Positions 14,013 to 28,003 are shown, counted from the first letter of the stretch. The stretch is 64,000 nt of DNA from Nemertoderma westbladi (GCA_032718475.1 JAUCBJ010001036.1:1-64000), one strand, 5' to 3'. The notes: generated from the sequence alone by a model not told the origin. Numbers and translations are program-made.

Positions 14013-14191
14013 CTACTACTAATACTACTATATTAACTACTAATACTACTATATTAACTACTAATACTACTATATCAACTACTAATACTACTATATTAAC
14101 TACTAATACTACTATATTAACTAATATTACTACTATATTAACTACTAATACTACTATATTAACTACTAATACTACTATGTTAACTACTAAT
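14013..14191. repeat. 21-bp satellite (ACTACTAATACTACTATATTA), block 1
   Basis: About eight tandem units are directly visible. Confidence 0.97.
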
Positions 14192-15258
14192 TAACTCTTT
14201 TACAGGCACTTTATTAATAGAACAAAATGAATAATTCCTACTCCGATACCGATAATAAAAAAAATAATAAATAAAGAAAGAAGGGCCTGTTTAGAGGCCT
14301 ATGTCTACCACTGACAGTCAGTCTAGCCGGTGTTGGTATCAGCGTTAGTCAGGCGAATCGAGTCTGCGGACACCTGATGATAAACAGGGCGTTTGGTGGC
14401 GGATCTCGCTCCACGGAGACACATCAAACTGGAGCGGAGAAGCGCGAAGCTTATCTTCCTCCGCGTCCAGCAGATACACTCAGAGTAGCTGAGGTCGCGA
14501 CGATCCGAGAGTTTAAGCGATAAACGCTTAACGAACTGTTGCATCGCTGGCGCGGTACCACCAAAGGCTGAAAGTATCAGAGGCACAAACGACGACAGTT
14601 CGACCTCTCGGATGCGCTCCTCGTACTTCAGGCGTTTCCGCGCCTCGTGGTGGGAATAAGCGCCCTCGGTGGTCATGGCTGCGTTGGTGGCCGCTAGAGG
14701 GTTGTAGACCGAGACGTCGAAGTAAGTCTTCTCGAACCGGCCACCCCAGAACCCGCTGACAGAGACGTCCAACCTCGCCTGATCTTCTGTGGAGGTGGAT
14801 CTGTGGGTGAACTCCTCACCTGTTAGAGGCTGGAGTGTTGGCTCTACTGCGACGTTGTGGGCTACTTCAGTTAGCGCGTCGGCAACGAAATCGCGTATCT
14901 CGTTGTGCCTTATCGAGGGATAACCCCCGGTGGGGCACGACAGGACGTGTGAAGGGGAAAATCGTTCCCCACAGACACAACGAGAAGGGAGCGACTTCGG
15001 TTGCCAGCCGTAGCGCAGACACAGAGCGTCGCGGAACTCTTCCTTAGACAGGTGAGTTTTGTGAAGGGTGACCGGTTTTGAGTTCAACCAAGCTGAAGCC
15101 CCCTTCTCCGACACCAGCTCCCTCAGATTCTGTTGGGACTCCGATAGCCGACCATGACATTCTGTTGTTTTGGTCTTAGACGCCACGAAGGATTCAGCCT
15201 TTATTAGATTAGTGATATGGTTCTGATCCTCCCTGACGTCTGACATGGTCTGACATGG
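14192..15258 (-). mobile_element. 5'-truncated CRE-like non-LTR retrotransposon (CCHC knuckle + restriction-like endonuclease) inserted in the satellite
   Basis: Stop-free GC-rich ORF 14323..15246 with GASAWL, FRDALCLRYG, C.CG....H..SC, RHNEIRD, ARLDV..FDV and K..KY. Flanked by the 14-bp duplication TGTTAACTACTAAT (14178-14191 and 15259-15272). Confidence 0.85.
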
Positions 15259-15993
15259 TGTTAACTACTAATACTACTATATTAACTACTAATACTACTA
15301 CATTAACTACTAATACTACTATATTAACTACTAATACTACTACATTAACTACTAATACTACTATATTAACTACTAATACTACTACATTAACTACTAATAC
15401 TACTATATTAACTACTAATACTACCATATTAACTACTAATACTACTATGTTAACTACTAATACTACTATATTAACTACTAATACTACTACATTAACTACT
15501 AATACTACTATATTAACTACTAATACTACTACATTAACTACTAATACTACTATATTAACTACTAATACTACTATATTAACTACTAATACTACTATATTAA
15601 CTACTAATACTACTATATTAACTACTAATATATTAACTACTAATACTACTATATTAACTACTAATACTACTATATTAACTACTAATACTACTATATTAAC
15701 TACTAATACTATTATATTAACTACTAATACTACTATATTAACTACTAATATTTTAACTACTAATACTACTATATTAACTACTAATACTACTATATTAACT
15801 ACTAATACTACTATATTAACTACTAATACTACTATATTAACTACTAATACTACTATATTAACTACTAATACTACTATATTAACTACTAATACAACTATAT
15901 TAACTACTAATACTACCATATTAACTACTAATACTACTATATCAACTACTAATACTACTATGTTAACTACTAATACTACTATATTAACTAATA
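15259..15993. repeat. 21-bp satellite, block 2
   Basis: About 35 tandem units. It gives rise to the repetitive TTNTTIL and VVLVVNI ORFs. Confidence 0.97.
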
Positions 15994-16592
15994 ATTAAAT
16001 GCTTGAGTTAATACAATTATTTTATTCTTTAATTGTCAAGCTGAAGTAAAAAACCTTACCGGTAGGTATGCCAGTACAGTACGATACAAATACTAAAATA
16101 AAAAAGCAACTGACCATTAGACGTTGCATGCAATCAGTGATCAGCTGACGGCTGTCAGCTGATCAGTAGGTTTTGCCCCAATGGGGGCTTTCTCAAGTAG
16201 CTAGAGCACCCTTTGCGTCCTGTCCTGCAAAAACTAGAAATGTTTTATATACGCACTCGCCAGCCAGCTATTAACAAGCAGAAACGTGATTGGCGCAAGT
16301 TTGAGGTGCTGCTTCCCAGTGGTTAGACGGATACACTTCTACCTGTTTCACTTTACCGTCCCGTCTCCCTTGGGAACTTCTATCTATTGTCTCCTTTCTA
16401 GCACTAGCTACTTGAGAAAGCCCCCATTGGGGCGAAACCTACTGATCAGCTGACAGCCGTCAGCTGATCACTGATTGCATGCAACGTCTAATGGTCAGTT
16501 GCTTTTTTATTTTAGTATTTGTATCGTACTGTACTGGCATACCTACCGGTAAGGTTTTTTACTTCAGCTTGACAATTAAAGAATAAAATAAA
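15994..16592 (+). mobile_element. 5'-truncated Penelope-like element with an inverted pseudo-LTR
   Basis: 188-bp inverted arms (16017-16204 and 16404-16591). The spacer encodes LQKLEMFYIRTRQPAINKQ...* (16213-16326), the end of a GIY-YIG endonuclease. The arm carries a hammerhead-like core, GTAAG and AATAAA. Confidence 0.8.
16406..16503 (+). ncRNA. Variant hammerhead-like motif in the Penelope pseudo-LTR
   Basis: UUGAGAA core (U3/A8 variant, 16412-16418), one extra A, stem II GCCCC-CAUU-GGGGC, then GAAA (16434-16437). Candidate GUC at 16494-16496. Stems I and III are imperfect. Confidence 0.5.
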
Positions 16593-19500
16593 TATATTAA
16601 CTACTAATACTACTACATTAACTACTAATACAACTATATTAACTACTAATACTACCATATTAACTACTAATACTACTAATTAACTACTAATACTACCATA
16701 TTAACTACTAATACTACTATATTAACTACTAATACTACTATATTAACTACTAATACTACTATATTAACTACTAATACTACTATATTAACTACTAATACTA
16801 CTATATAACTACTAATACTACTATATTAACTACTAATACTACTATATAACTACTAATACTACTATATTAACTACTAATACTACTATATTAACTACTAATA
16901 CTACTATATTAACTACTAATACTACTATATTAACTACTAATACTACTATATTAACTACTAATACTACTATATTAACTACTAATACTACTATATTAACTAC
17001 TAATACTACTATATTAACTACTAATACTACTATATTAACTACTAATACTACTATATTAACTACTAATACTACTATATTAACTACTAATACTACTATATTA
17101 ACTACTAATACTACTATATTAACTACTAATACTACTATATTAACTACTAATACTACCATATTAACTACTAATACTACTATATTAACTACTAATACTACTA
17201 TATTAACTACTAATACTACTATATTAACTACATAATACTACTATATTAACTACTAATACTACTATATTAACTACTAATACTACTATATTAACTACTAATA
17301 CTACTATATTAACTACTAATACTACTATATTAACTACTAATACTACTATATTAACTACTAATACTACTATATTAACTACTAATACTACTATATTAACTAC
17401 TAATACTACTATATTAACTACTAATACTACTATATTAACTACTAATACTACTATATTAACTACTAATACTACTATATTAACTACTAATACTACTATATTA
17501 ACTACTAATACTACTATATTAACTACTAATACTACTATATTAACTAATACTACTATATTAACTACTAATACTACTATATTAACTACTAATACTACTATAT
17601 TAACTACTAATACTACGATATTAACTAATAATACTACTAATACTACGATATTAACTAATAATACTACTAATACTACGATATTAACTAATAATACTACTAA
17701 TACTACGATATAACTAATAAACTACTAATACTACATATTAACTATAATACTACTAATACTACTATATTAACTAATACTACTATATTAACTACTAATACTA
17801 CTATATTAACTAATACTACTATATTAACTACATACTACTATATTAACTACTAATACTACTATATTAACTACTAATACTACTATTAACTATAATACTACTA
17901 ATACTACGATATTAACTAATAATACTACTAATACTACTATATTAACTAATAATACTACTATATTAACTACTAATACTACTATATTAACTACTAATACTAC
18001 TATATTAACTACTAATACTACTATATTAACTACTAATACTACTAATACTACTATACTATAATACTACTAATACTACTATATTAACTACTAATACTACTCA
18101 TATTAACTACTAATACTACTAATACTACTATATTAACTACTAATACTACTATAACTACTAATACTACTAATACTACTATACTATATACTACTAATACTAC
18201 GATATTAACTACTAATACTACTAATACTACGATATTAACTAATAATACTACTAATACTACGATATTAACTAATAATACTACTAATACTACGATATTAACT
18301 AATAATACTACTAATACTACGATATTAACTAATAATACTACTATATTAACTATAATACTACTATACTACTATTAACTAATAACTACTAATACTACTATAT
18401 TAACTACTAATACTACTATATTAACTACTAATACTACTATATTAACTACTAATACTACTATATTAACTACTAATACTACTATATTAACTACTAATACTAC
18501 TATATTAACTACTAATACTACTATACTAATATACTACTAATACTACTATATTAACTACTAATACTACTATATTAACTACTAATACTACTATATTAACTAA
18601 TACTACTATATTAACTACTAATACTACTATATTAACTACTAATACTACTATATTAACTACTAATACTACTATATTAACTACTAATACTACTATATTAACT
18701 ACTAATACTACGATATTAACTACTAATACTACTAATAACTACTAATACTTAACTAATAATACTACTAATACTACTATATTAACTACTAATACTACTAATT
18801 AACTACTATACTACTATATAACTACTAATACTACTATATTAACTACTAATACTCTATTAACTACTAATACTACTATATTAACTACTAATACTACTAATAC
18901 TACTATTAACTACTAATACTACTATATTAACTACTAATACTACTATATTAACTACTAATACTACTATATTAACTACTAATACTACTATATTAACTACTAA
19001 TACTACTATATTAACTACTAATACTACTATATTAACTACTAATACTACTATATTAACTACTAATACTACTATATTAACTACTAATACTACTATATTAACT
19101 ACTAATACTACTATATTAACTACTAATACTACTATATTAACTACTAATACTACTATATTAACTACTAATACTACTATATTAACTACTAATACTACTATAT
19201 TAACTACTAATACTACTATATTAACTACTAATACTACTATATTAACTACTAATACTACTATATTAACTACTAATACTACTATATTAACTACTAATACTAC
19301 TATATTAACTACTAATACTACTATATTAACTACTAATACTACTATATTAACTACTAATACTACTATATTAACTACTAATACTACTATATTAACTACTAAT
19401 ACTACTATATTAACTACTAATACTACTATATTAACTAATAATACTACTAATACTACGATATTAACTAATAATACTACTAATACTACTATATTAACTACTA

Positions 19501-22192
19501 ATACTACTATATTAACTACTAATACTACTATATTAACTACTAATACTACTATATTAACTACTAATACTACTATATTAACTACTAATACTACTATATTAAC
19601 TACTAATACTACTATATTAACTACTAATACTACTATATTAACTAATACTACTATATTAACTACTAATACTACTATATTAACTAATAATACTACTATATTA
19701 ACTACTAATACTACTATATTAACTACTAATACTACTATATTAACTACTAATACTACTATATTAACTACTAATACTACTATATTAACTACTAATACTACTA
19801 TATTAACTACTAATACTACTATATTAACTACTAATACTACTATATTAACTACTAATACTACTATATTAACTACTAATACTACTATATTAACTACTAATAC
19901 TACTATATTAACTACTAATACTACTATATTAACTACTAATACTACTATATTAACTAATAATACTACTAATACTACGTATACTAATAAACTACTATACTAC
20001 TATATTAACTACTAATACTACTATATTAACTACTAATACTACTATATTAACTACTAATACTACTATATTATACTACTAATACTACGTATATTAACTACTA
20101 ATACTACTATATTAACTACTAATACTACTATATTAACTACTAATACTACTATATTAACTACTAATACTACTATATTAACTACTAATACTACTATATTAAC
20201 TACTAATACTACATATTAACTTATACTACTAATACTACTATTACTATAACTACTAATACTACTATATTAACTACTAATACTACTATATTAACTACTAATA
20301 CTACTATATTAACTACTAATACTACTATATTAACTACTAATACTACTATATTAACTACTAATACTACTATATTAACTACTAATACTACTATATTAACTAC
20401 TAATACTACTATATTAACTACTAATACTACTATATTAACTACTAATACTACTATATTAACTACTAATACTACTATATTAACTACTAATACTACTATATTA
20501 ACTACTAATACTACTATATTAACTACTAATACTACTATATTAACTACTAATACTACTATATTAACTACTAATACTACTATATTAACTACTAATACTACTA
20601 TATTAACTACTAATACTACTATATTAACTACTAATACTACTATATTAACTACTAATACTACTATATTAACTACTAATACTACTATATTAACTAATACTAC
20701 TATATTAACTACTAATACTACTATATTAACTACTAATACTACTATATTAACTACTAATACTACTATATTAACTACTAATACTACTATATTAACTACTAAT
20801 ACTACTATATTAACTACTAATACTACTATATTAACTACTAATACTACTATATTAACTACTAATACTACTATATTAACTACTAATACTACTATATTAACTA
20901 CTAATACTACTATATTAACTACTAATACTACTATATTAACTAATACTACTATATTAACTACTAATACTACTATATTAACTACTAATACTACTAATACTAC
21001 GATATTAACTATAATACTACTAATACTACTATATTAACTACTAATACTACTATATTAACTACTAATACTACTATATTAACTACTAATACTACTAATACTA
21101 CGATATTAACTAATCCATATTAACTACTAATACTACGATATTAACTAATAATACTACTAATACTACGATATTAACTAATAATACTACTAATACTACGATA
21201 TTAACTAATAATACTACTAATACTACTATATTAACTACTAATACTACTATATTAACTACTAATACTACGATATTAACTATAATACTACTAATACTACATA
21301 TTAACTATATACTACTAATACTACTATATTAACTACTAATACTACTATATTAACTACTAATACTACTATATTAACTACTAATACTACTATATTAACTACT
21401 AATACTACTATATTAACTACTAATACTACTATATTAACTACTAATACTACTATATTAACTACTAATACTACTATATTAACTACTAATACTACTATATTAA
21501 CTACTAATACTACTATATTAACTACTAATACTACTATATTAACTACTAATACTACATATTAACTACTACTACTACTAATACTACTATATTAACTACTAAT
21601 ACTACTATATTAACTACTAATACTACTATATTAACTACTACTATATTAACTATAATACTACTATATAACTACTAATACTACTATATTAACTACTAATACT
21701 ACTATATTAACTACTAATACTACTATTAACTTAACTACTAATACTACGATATTAACTATAATACTACTAATACTACTATATTAACTACTAATACTACTAT
21801 ATTAACTACTAATACTACTATATCGATATTAACTAATAATACTACTAATACTACTATATTAACTACTAATACTACTATATTAACTACTAATACTACTATA
21901 TTAACTACTAATACTACGATATTAACTAATAATACTACTAATACTACGATACTACTATACTACTAATACTACTATATTAACTACTAATACTACTATATTA
22001 ACTACTAATACTACTATATTAACTACTAATACTACTATATTAACTACTAATACTACTATATTAACTACTAATACTACGATATTAACTACTAATACTACTA
22101 TATTAACTACTATACTACTAATACTACTATATATAACTACTAATACTACTATATTAACTACTAATACTACTATATTAACTAATACTACTAAT
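16593..22192. repeat. 21-bp satellite, block 3 (~5.6 kb), with interspersed 30-bp variant units
   Basis: Roughly 260 units. The variant ACTAATAATACTACTAATACTACGATATTA is clustered near 17610-17710, 18195-18330 and 21130-21220. Confidence 0.97.
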
Positions 22193-22314
22193 AAATAATA
22201 AATAAATAACAATAAATAACAATAATAAATAACAATCCGCTGGCACATTAAATTCATTATAATTGTTCATTATAATTGTTCATTATAATTGTTCAATACT
22301 TGTTTGTTACTCAG

Positions 22315-22465
22315 GAAACTCATTCATATCATGTAACGCTCCAGTATACAAAGTAGACGCCGACGCAGACCGAAGATGCAACGTTCCTGACTTAGGAGTC
22401 AATGGGTTTGACAACATCGCCAGTTCCATTATAATTACAGGAATCTTTCCTTGGCAAATATACAG
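22315..22465 (+). CDS. Internal exon B of the beta/gamma-crystallin + FN2-like gene (phase 1 to 2)
   Basis: TTACTCAG acceptor and AG|GTGATT donor. Encodes (G)NSFISCNAPVYKVDADADRRCNVPDLGVNGFDNIASSIIITGIFPWQIY, with DL...GFDN.ASS....G..W.IY crystallin signature. Phase matches exon A. Confidence 0.88.
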
Positions 22466-24172
22466 GTGATTTTAGATTTCTATGAAAAAGTACAGATCGA
22501 AATCAGATATTTTTAATTAATTTAAAAATTAAAATCCTGAAGAATTGTAAAGGGCTAATTAACCGCAGCTGCAAATTTTGTATACCTAGAAACCCAGTCA
22601 ATCATTCAATACTTTTTACTCCTTATCGGATTAATTGATTTTATGTTTAGTGTGTGTCATGTACTATTATTGCTGCTATTCAGTTCTTCATATTATATCA
22701 CTATAATGCCTAAAGGAAATGACATTTTCATAAGACAAAACCAGGTAGCAGGTAGGTCTCTATAATTTAGCATTACCAGGAGCGCGATTACTTTTGAACA
22801 CTCCTGGTAAATACATTACAAACATGACGGTAAGGAAATCGAAAACTAAACATAAATTATTGTTGGTAAAACCGCTTTTAGATCGAATACGCCCAAGTCA
22901 TCAGTAAAGTCTATCAGTAAAAGGTATTTCTCTGGATTATTACCTCTACTTCTTAGGCATTAGTTTAGCCTGGTGCCCCATTTTTTTTAACCATCATCAC
23001 GACAAGATCTACGGTTATATAATTTATATATGTATTAACATATATATATACATATACATACATATAAAACAAATATATGTATGTATTAGCAATCCCATAT
23101 CCCTCGAATTTCTTAAATAAGTCAACATAGATAATATCCAGAATCAAAAACAAATCTGTCTTTCTTTGTTGATAAATCTTCAATTAACCTTATATGTGCC
23201 AGACTTGTATAAACTATACAATAGATTTCTATTAAATCGCACCAGGGATCCTGTTGAGTGACTGTTACGTGGGAAACAAAATGGGTTCCATAAAGGTCGT
23301 CAGACAATGGAGGGGAAGCCCCACTGATGGAGGAATTTTTTTCATTCCTTCTGAGTGGGTTCTCAACAAACTTCTCAAGTTCATAGAAGATAGTTGTAAA
23401 CATCAAGGGTGTTTTTTACTGAAACACAGGCTAACCCAAACAATAACCTATTTTCTACTTCATAAATTCCAATCTGAGTGCAAATAGCCCAAGCACTCTG
23501 TCTATCCTCTAGTTACCAAGGATGTGTGTTGTTCACTTGGCAATGAAATGTTTGTTTGGAGAATAATTTAATTTTAGATCAACTTCTAGGTTGGTGCTGT
23601 GTATCTGTAATGGAAGCTAGGCTACTGGAATACTAGGCTACTAGGCTACTCCTGCGTTCTGATGGATAACTGCCTGCCACTCCTGCGTACTGACGGAAAA
23701 CTGCCTGCCGTATTGCTGACAACTACCTGACTACTAAACACTGACTAACTAACCCCCCCCCCCCCCCCCACACCCCCCCTTTATAGACAACCGCTTAGCT
23801 TAGAATATATACTGGTAATAGTTTCCAAAACGTAAACAAAAGTAGCCCTATTCTCTTCTATGCAGCTTAAAAGTCCCATTAGCGTAAAACACACAGGCTA
23901 CTTTATGAATTACAAACCCAAAAAGGCTGAATGAGACACAGAATCCAAATTGCATCCCCCCCCCCCCCCCCCCCCCAATTTAAATTAAATTGCAGTAAAG
24001 CAACAAATCAGAAAATCACATAATCACTGTACTCAAAGACAGAATTGTGTAACACAGTTCCGGTACAATTATTAACATAATTAAAGATGGCTGACATATG
24101 TCATTCTTATTATAGCACAGCCTATCTCTCAGGATACATCCAATCAAAGCGCTAGAAAAGTATATACTGAAA

Positions 24173-24912
24173 ATGGTTTTCCAAAATATTGGGAAGTTTT
24201 CGAGTTATAGCACCATTTTTAACCCTACTTTTGGCACATTTTTTAGATGTTTTTTGAAAATTACATTTCTTGAAATATGATTTTTAAGCCCTTTTTTTAA
24301 TTTTCACAGGTTTTTAGAGTTTTAAGTTAGATGGAATTCATATAAATTAATTTAAAAATTTCAAACTTGTTTTTTTCGGTGGGTGCCAAATTTTTGTGCA
24401 AGCACCAAATTTTGAAATATGTCAATTATGTAAATTGATTGTTTGAACCTGTTTTTTGCGAAATAGGGGATTTTTGGGGTTCTGGTTTCCGAAGGAATAT
24501 ACGATTTGCACCAGACCTATTGAACTTGTATATTTCGGAGCTGTGTGCAAAATTTGGTGCCAGCACGAAATTTTGAAAATCCATTTTTCGGAAGTGCGTG
24601 CAATATTTGGTGATATAACCAAAATTTGAAAACCACCAAATATATAAATTGATTGTGTCACCTTGTTTCTTGTATTTTACGGGTTTGTGAGGATTGTGAG
24701 TTAAATGGAATAATTAAAGATTGCATCAGGGTTTTCAAATTTGTATTTTTCGCCGGTGGGGGAAAATTGTTGTGCCAGCACCAAAGTGCAGAAAATAAGC
24801 AAATTGATATATAGATAGTATCCTCTTGTTTATTGCTTTATACGGTTGTATGAGGGTCCTGAATCCGATGGAATCAATAAAAACAGCACTGGACATCTCA
24901 AACGTTTACTTT
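24173..24912 (-). mobile_element. Degraded partial copy of the piggyBac-type element at 4939-6505
   Basis: Reverse-complement similarity to ~5510-6370. Confidence 0.78.
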
Positions 24913-25444
24913 TATAGAAGCCTGGTAAATGGTTGGGCTATGGCCAATGTCCCTGACCCGTTTGAAGGAGGCATTTCAGGAAGCTACTGATGAGTTCACC
25001 AGCTACCAGCTGTGGTGTTGATGATGAAATCACGATAGGCATAATGTGGTTTTGTAACAGGAAGTCATTGGGTTGGGGGCAGTGGTGCACTAGAAAGCAT
25101 CTGAAATTAGGTGTTGGGATCCCTTTAGATAGTAAAGGGATCCTGTAAAGATAAAATGAGGCAGCAATGTTTTGAGTTTGAGGCAGTAGTCATAGCTCAC
25201 CACATCCAAACAGCGGTCATTGAGATTGAGGATCAATCAAAGAGGAAGTGATTGACAAGGTACTCCCATAGTGACTGGCAGTTGAGAGATGGGAGGTGGC
25301 AGTTGGATGGTAGGGATGGTACTGGGATGTCTGTAGCTGTGAGCACTCTTCATGCCAGGCCAGTGCAGAGGGTGAGGGAGGGTAGCTGCCCACCATGGAA
25401 TATCAAGCTCTGGAGGATGCCCAACAGAAATCAGGTCCTGCAAA

Positions 25445-25722
25445 AGTAAAGTAACATAAATTTTCTTCGGCCGCCAGACCAGGGATTATGCACAAAGTCT
25501 AACGACTTATTTCCAGTGCGGTCCCCCCAGAACTTTACTCCCCAGAGGAAACTCTAGTACTCATTTCGCTACCACTTAAGGATGCAAGGCAGAGATGCGC
25601 CTTGCCTGGTCCCTTTAAAGCATTCATGCCGAAACGAAAACTGCCCTGGCCCATGTGAGGATCGAACCCATGACCTACAGGAGATGTGAAATCAACGCAA
25701 CCACTATACCAAGGTGGAACCA
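25445..25722 (-). mobile_element. tRNA-derived SINE
   Basis: Minus strand shows A box TGGTATAGTGG, B box GGTTCGATCC, a central GAAATGAGTAC...GGGGAGTAAAG block and a (TTTAC)n-like tail. Confidence 0.65.
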
Positions 25723-26649
25723 AGGATAGCAATGGATAGCTGCAGGATAGCAATGTTTGGTGTAAGCCATCCAGTAGCCAGACGTCCGTGGTGCATGCTG
25801 TGTGCGGGGCGTGTCCCCTGGAACACCCCTTTGAATCCTCACCCAGAATGGTTGCCATTGGCTAATTGGGGTAACTGAATCAATGAGCTCATTAGGTGGA
25901 GGTTATTGATTGTCCACTCTAAACTCAGAGATAGTCTGGAAAGGTTTGGTGGTTATTTGGGTGCCAGAGTCGGGGTTGAACTGGAGTTCCTTGAAACTGA
26001 ACTTGGTGAGCTGGAGGAGGCCAACAGTAACCGTTTTGGGGGCCTCCAATTGCTGTAAGGCAAAAACGACGGGTGCACTCCAGCTCAGTGCCTGCAAGAA
26101 TTAACCAGACCATGACCGAGAAGGCGGCATCTTCCTCTGGGTGAAGCTTGGTGTTGGATCATGGACAACATGGGCCTGGATCTTGCTTGGTGAGGACACA
26201 TTCTATTATAGTGACCCCTCTTGTTGCAGTTTTAGCAGCAGACATTGATACTGCGGCAGAGTTCGCCAGAGTCCTGGGGTGGGTAGCGGCAGTTTGGACA
26301 CTGTGTGGTCAATGGGGAGGGCCAGTTGCTTCGATTTCGTAGTGGGTGGTTGCATGGCATATTTACCTGCAAGGCTATTATAGGTTTCACTGGTACAGGC
26401 ATGGTGGGGGTGGTGTAAGCCACCTTTAATATGAATATCGATCATGGAATGGATCATGTTTGGTTGCTGTCAAAATATCTTTTTTCCACTATTATTTCAA
26501 ATAAGCGAGAATAAGGAAAACCCTAATTCATCTCTCAATGCAAAATATTATATATCTCAAAATTCTGGACAAATATTTAAATAATATCCTAGAAGTAAAA
26601 TTAATTTGTTTATAAAAAATTAAGAAGAACTTTATTATATGAATTGCAG

Positions 26650-26771
26650 TGGTGCCGATTACACTGGAGACAACATGAAACTTAAACCAGGTTTCTATGG
26701 ATCAGAGTTGCCAATTGACGATATAAGTGCTCTCATGATAGATTGTAGAGAAGCAAAGAAAGAGCCAGAAC
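26650..26771 (+). CDS. Internal exon C of the beta/gamma-crystallin + FN2-like gene (phase 2 to 1)
   Basis: TTGCAG acceptor and C|GTAAGT donor. Encodes (S)GADYTGDNMKLKPGFYGSELPIDDISALMIDCREAKKEPE, which completes Y-SGADY-TG and L.PG.Y...DDIS. Not listed in the ORF track. Confidence 0.88.
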
Positions 26772-27719
26772 GTAAGTTTAATTGAAGACTTCGATTGGAG
26801 CTTACAATACATATGTATCAGTAGTAGCATTATTATTTTGGTTTAAGAAGACACTAGTGGATGCTTATTGGTTTTTCATTTTTGCCTTAACCTGTACTAA
26901 TTTTCTACTTGATATTGTTGTCCCTGGAATGATTGCTTTTGAAGGAGGGATATTTAAATTCCGTTCCATTCGTTACCATTCCATTCCATTCATTCATTCT
27001 AAATATTATACGCACTGTGAATATTCCATGCATTACTGTTGTGTAATACTTTAGGTGTGTAATTGTCACAATTATTAATAAGTTAGCTAACTGATAAACT
27101 GATAGCACTATAATCATGGCAAAAATACTTGCTGAAAAGCAGAAACTCTATTGACAACGGAAAAATATTTGTATAAAAAGGTAAAAAAAGTATAAAAGGG
27201 TTAATGCAAATCGACCAATTTTTACCAAGGCAATACTTAATGTACGATCTGAACACAGTTGTTTCAATGTACAATATGGAAAACAATAGTGGTTAGTCGG
27301 CCACATGTTCAAAATATTGTAAATGAAAGGAAATACTTATACCTCAATGGCGCATTACCAGAGGATGATTGTCAATGTGATACATGTGAGAACATGGAAA
27401 ATATGCTAAAACATATACCGCCTTACTGAAAACTGATGAAACTGATGAAAATTTTGCATCCTTGTAATTTTAGTTCCACTGTCGATTCCTGTCGAGGTTT
27501 TACTGCAATCAAAAAGGAATTGGATGACATTCGAGAGTACGAAGAAATATAATTTTACCAAAGGCAAGATGTCAATGAAAATAGAAAGATAATTCAAAAG
27601 AAATGTTTAAATAAGCTATTAGGCATTGACTTTACAGATTTATTGAAGCAAAAAATTATTCGATTTGCAGAGCACTGCTACATAGAGTATTTCATAAAAA
27701 TAAAATTTTGGAAATTTTA

Positions 27720-28003
27720 CGATTTCTGTGAGCCATTCTGCAGCTTTCAATTCCCCAACAAGCCTGTCTGCAGGCTGATTATGCCCTACAATGGTCTGTC
27801 TCTCAACAGTCAGTCAGCTCAATTGCCTCCCATAACACATGATCACGATTTGCGAAGAGATCATGAGCTTTTCCACAAAATTGGGGAAGCTTGAATAGTG
27901 GTGATCCAATAGCATGATCTATCCACCCAGGATAATCAACAAGTTGATCTACTTCAATACAGAACAACTGCTCCTTTGAAAGTGCCAACCTTACGCGTTG
28001 TGC
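27720..28003 (-). mobile_element. Displaced C-terminal part of the hAT-like transposase at 38312-40250
   Basis: Joins in frame across the TTGTGC duplication: ...NNGLIAQ|RVRLALSKEQLF... Confidence 0.65.

Noticed and set aside
14013-22192. Possible CRISPR array or telomeric repeat
   Set aside because: There are no unique spacers or cas genes, the context is a eukaryotic intron, and the unit is not a G-rich telomere motif.
15209-22257. Long ORFs of TTNTTIL or VVLVVNI repeats resembling mucin or membrane proteins
   Set aside because: They are by-products of a stop-free 21-bp satellite unit. The array is frameshifted repeatedly and has no splice or start context.
24980-25035. CTGATGAG followed later by GAAA, as a hammerhead candidate
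   Set aside because: Stem II does not close next to GAAA, and no matching stems I/III or NUH site were found.
24915-26460. GC-richer stretch around the SINE, possibly a host exon or Gypsy pol remnant
   Set aside because: No open frame with splice sites in the required phase, and the retroelement motifs are too decayed to assign.
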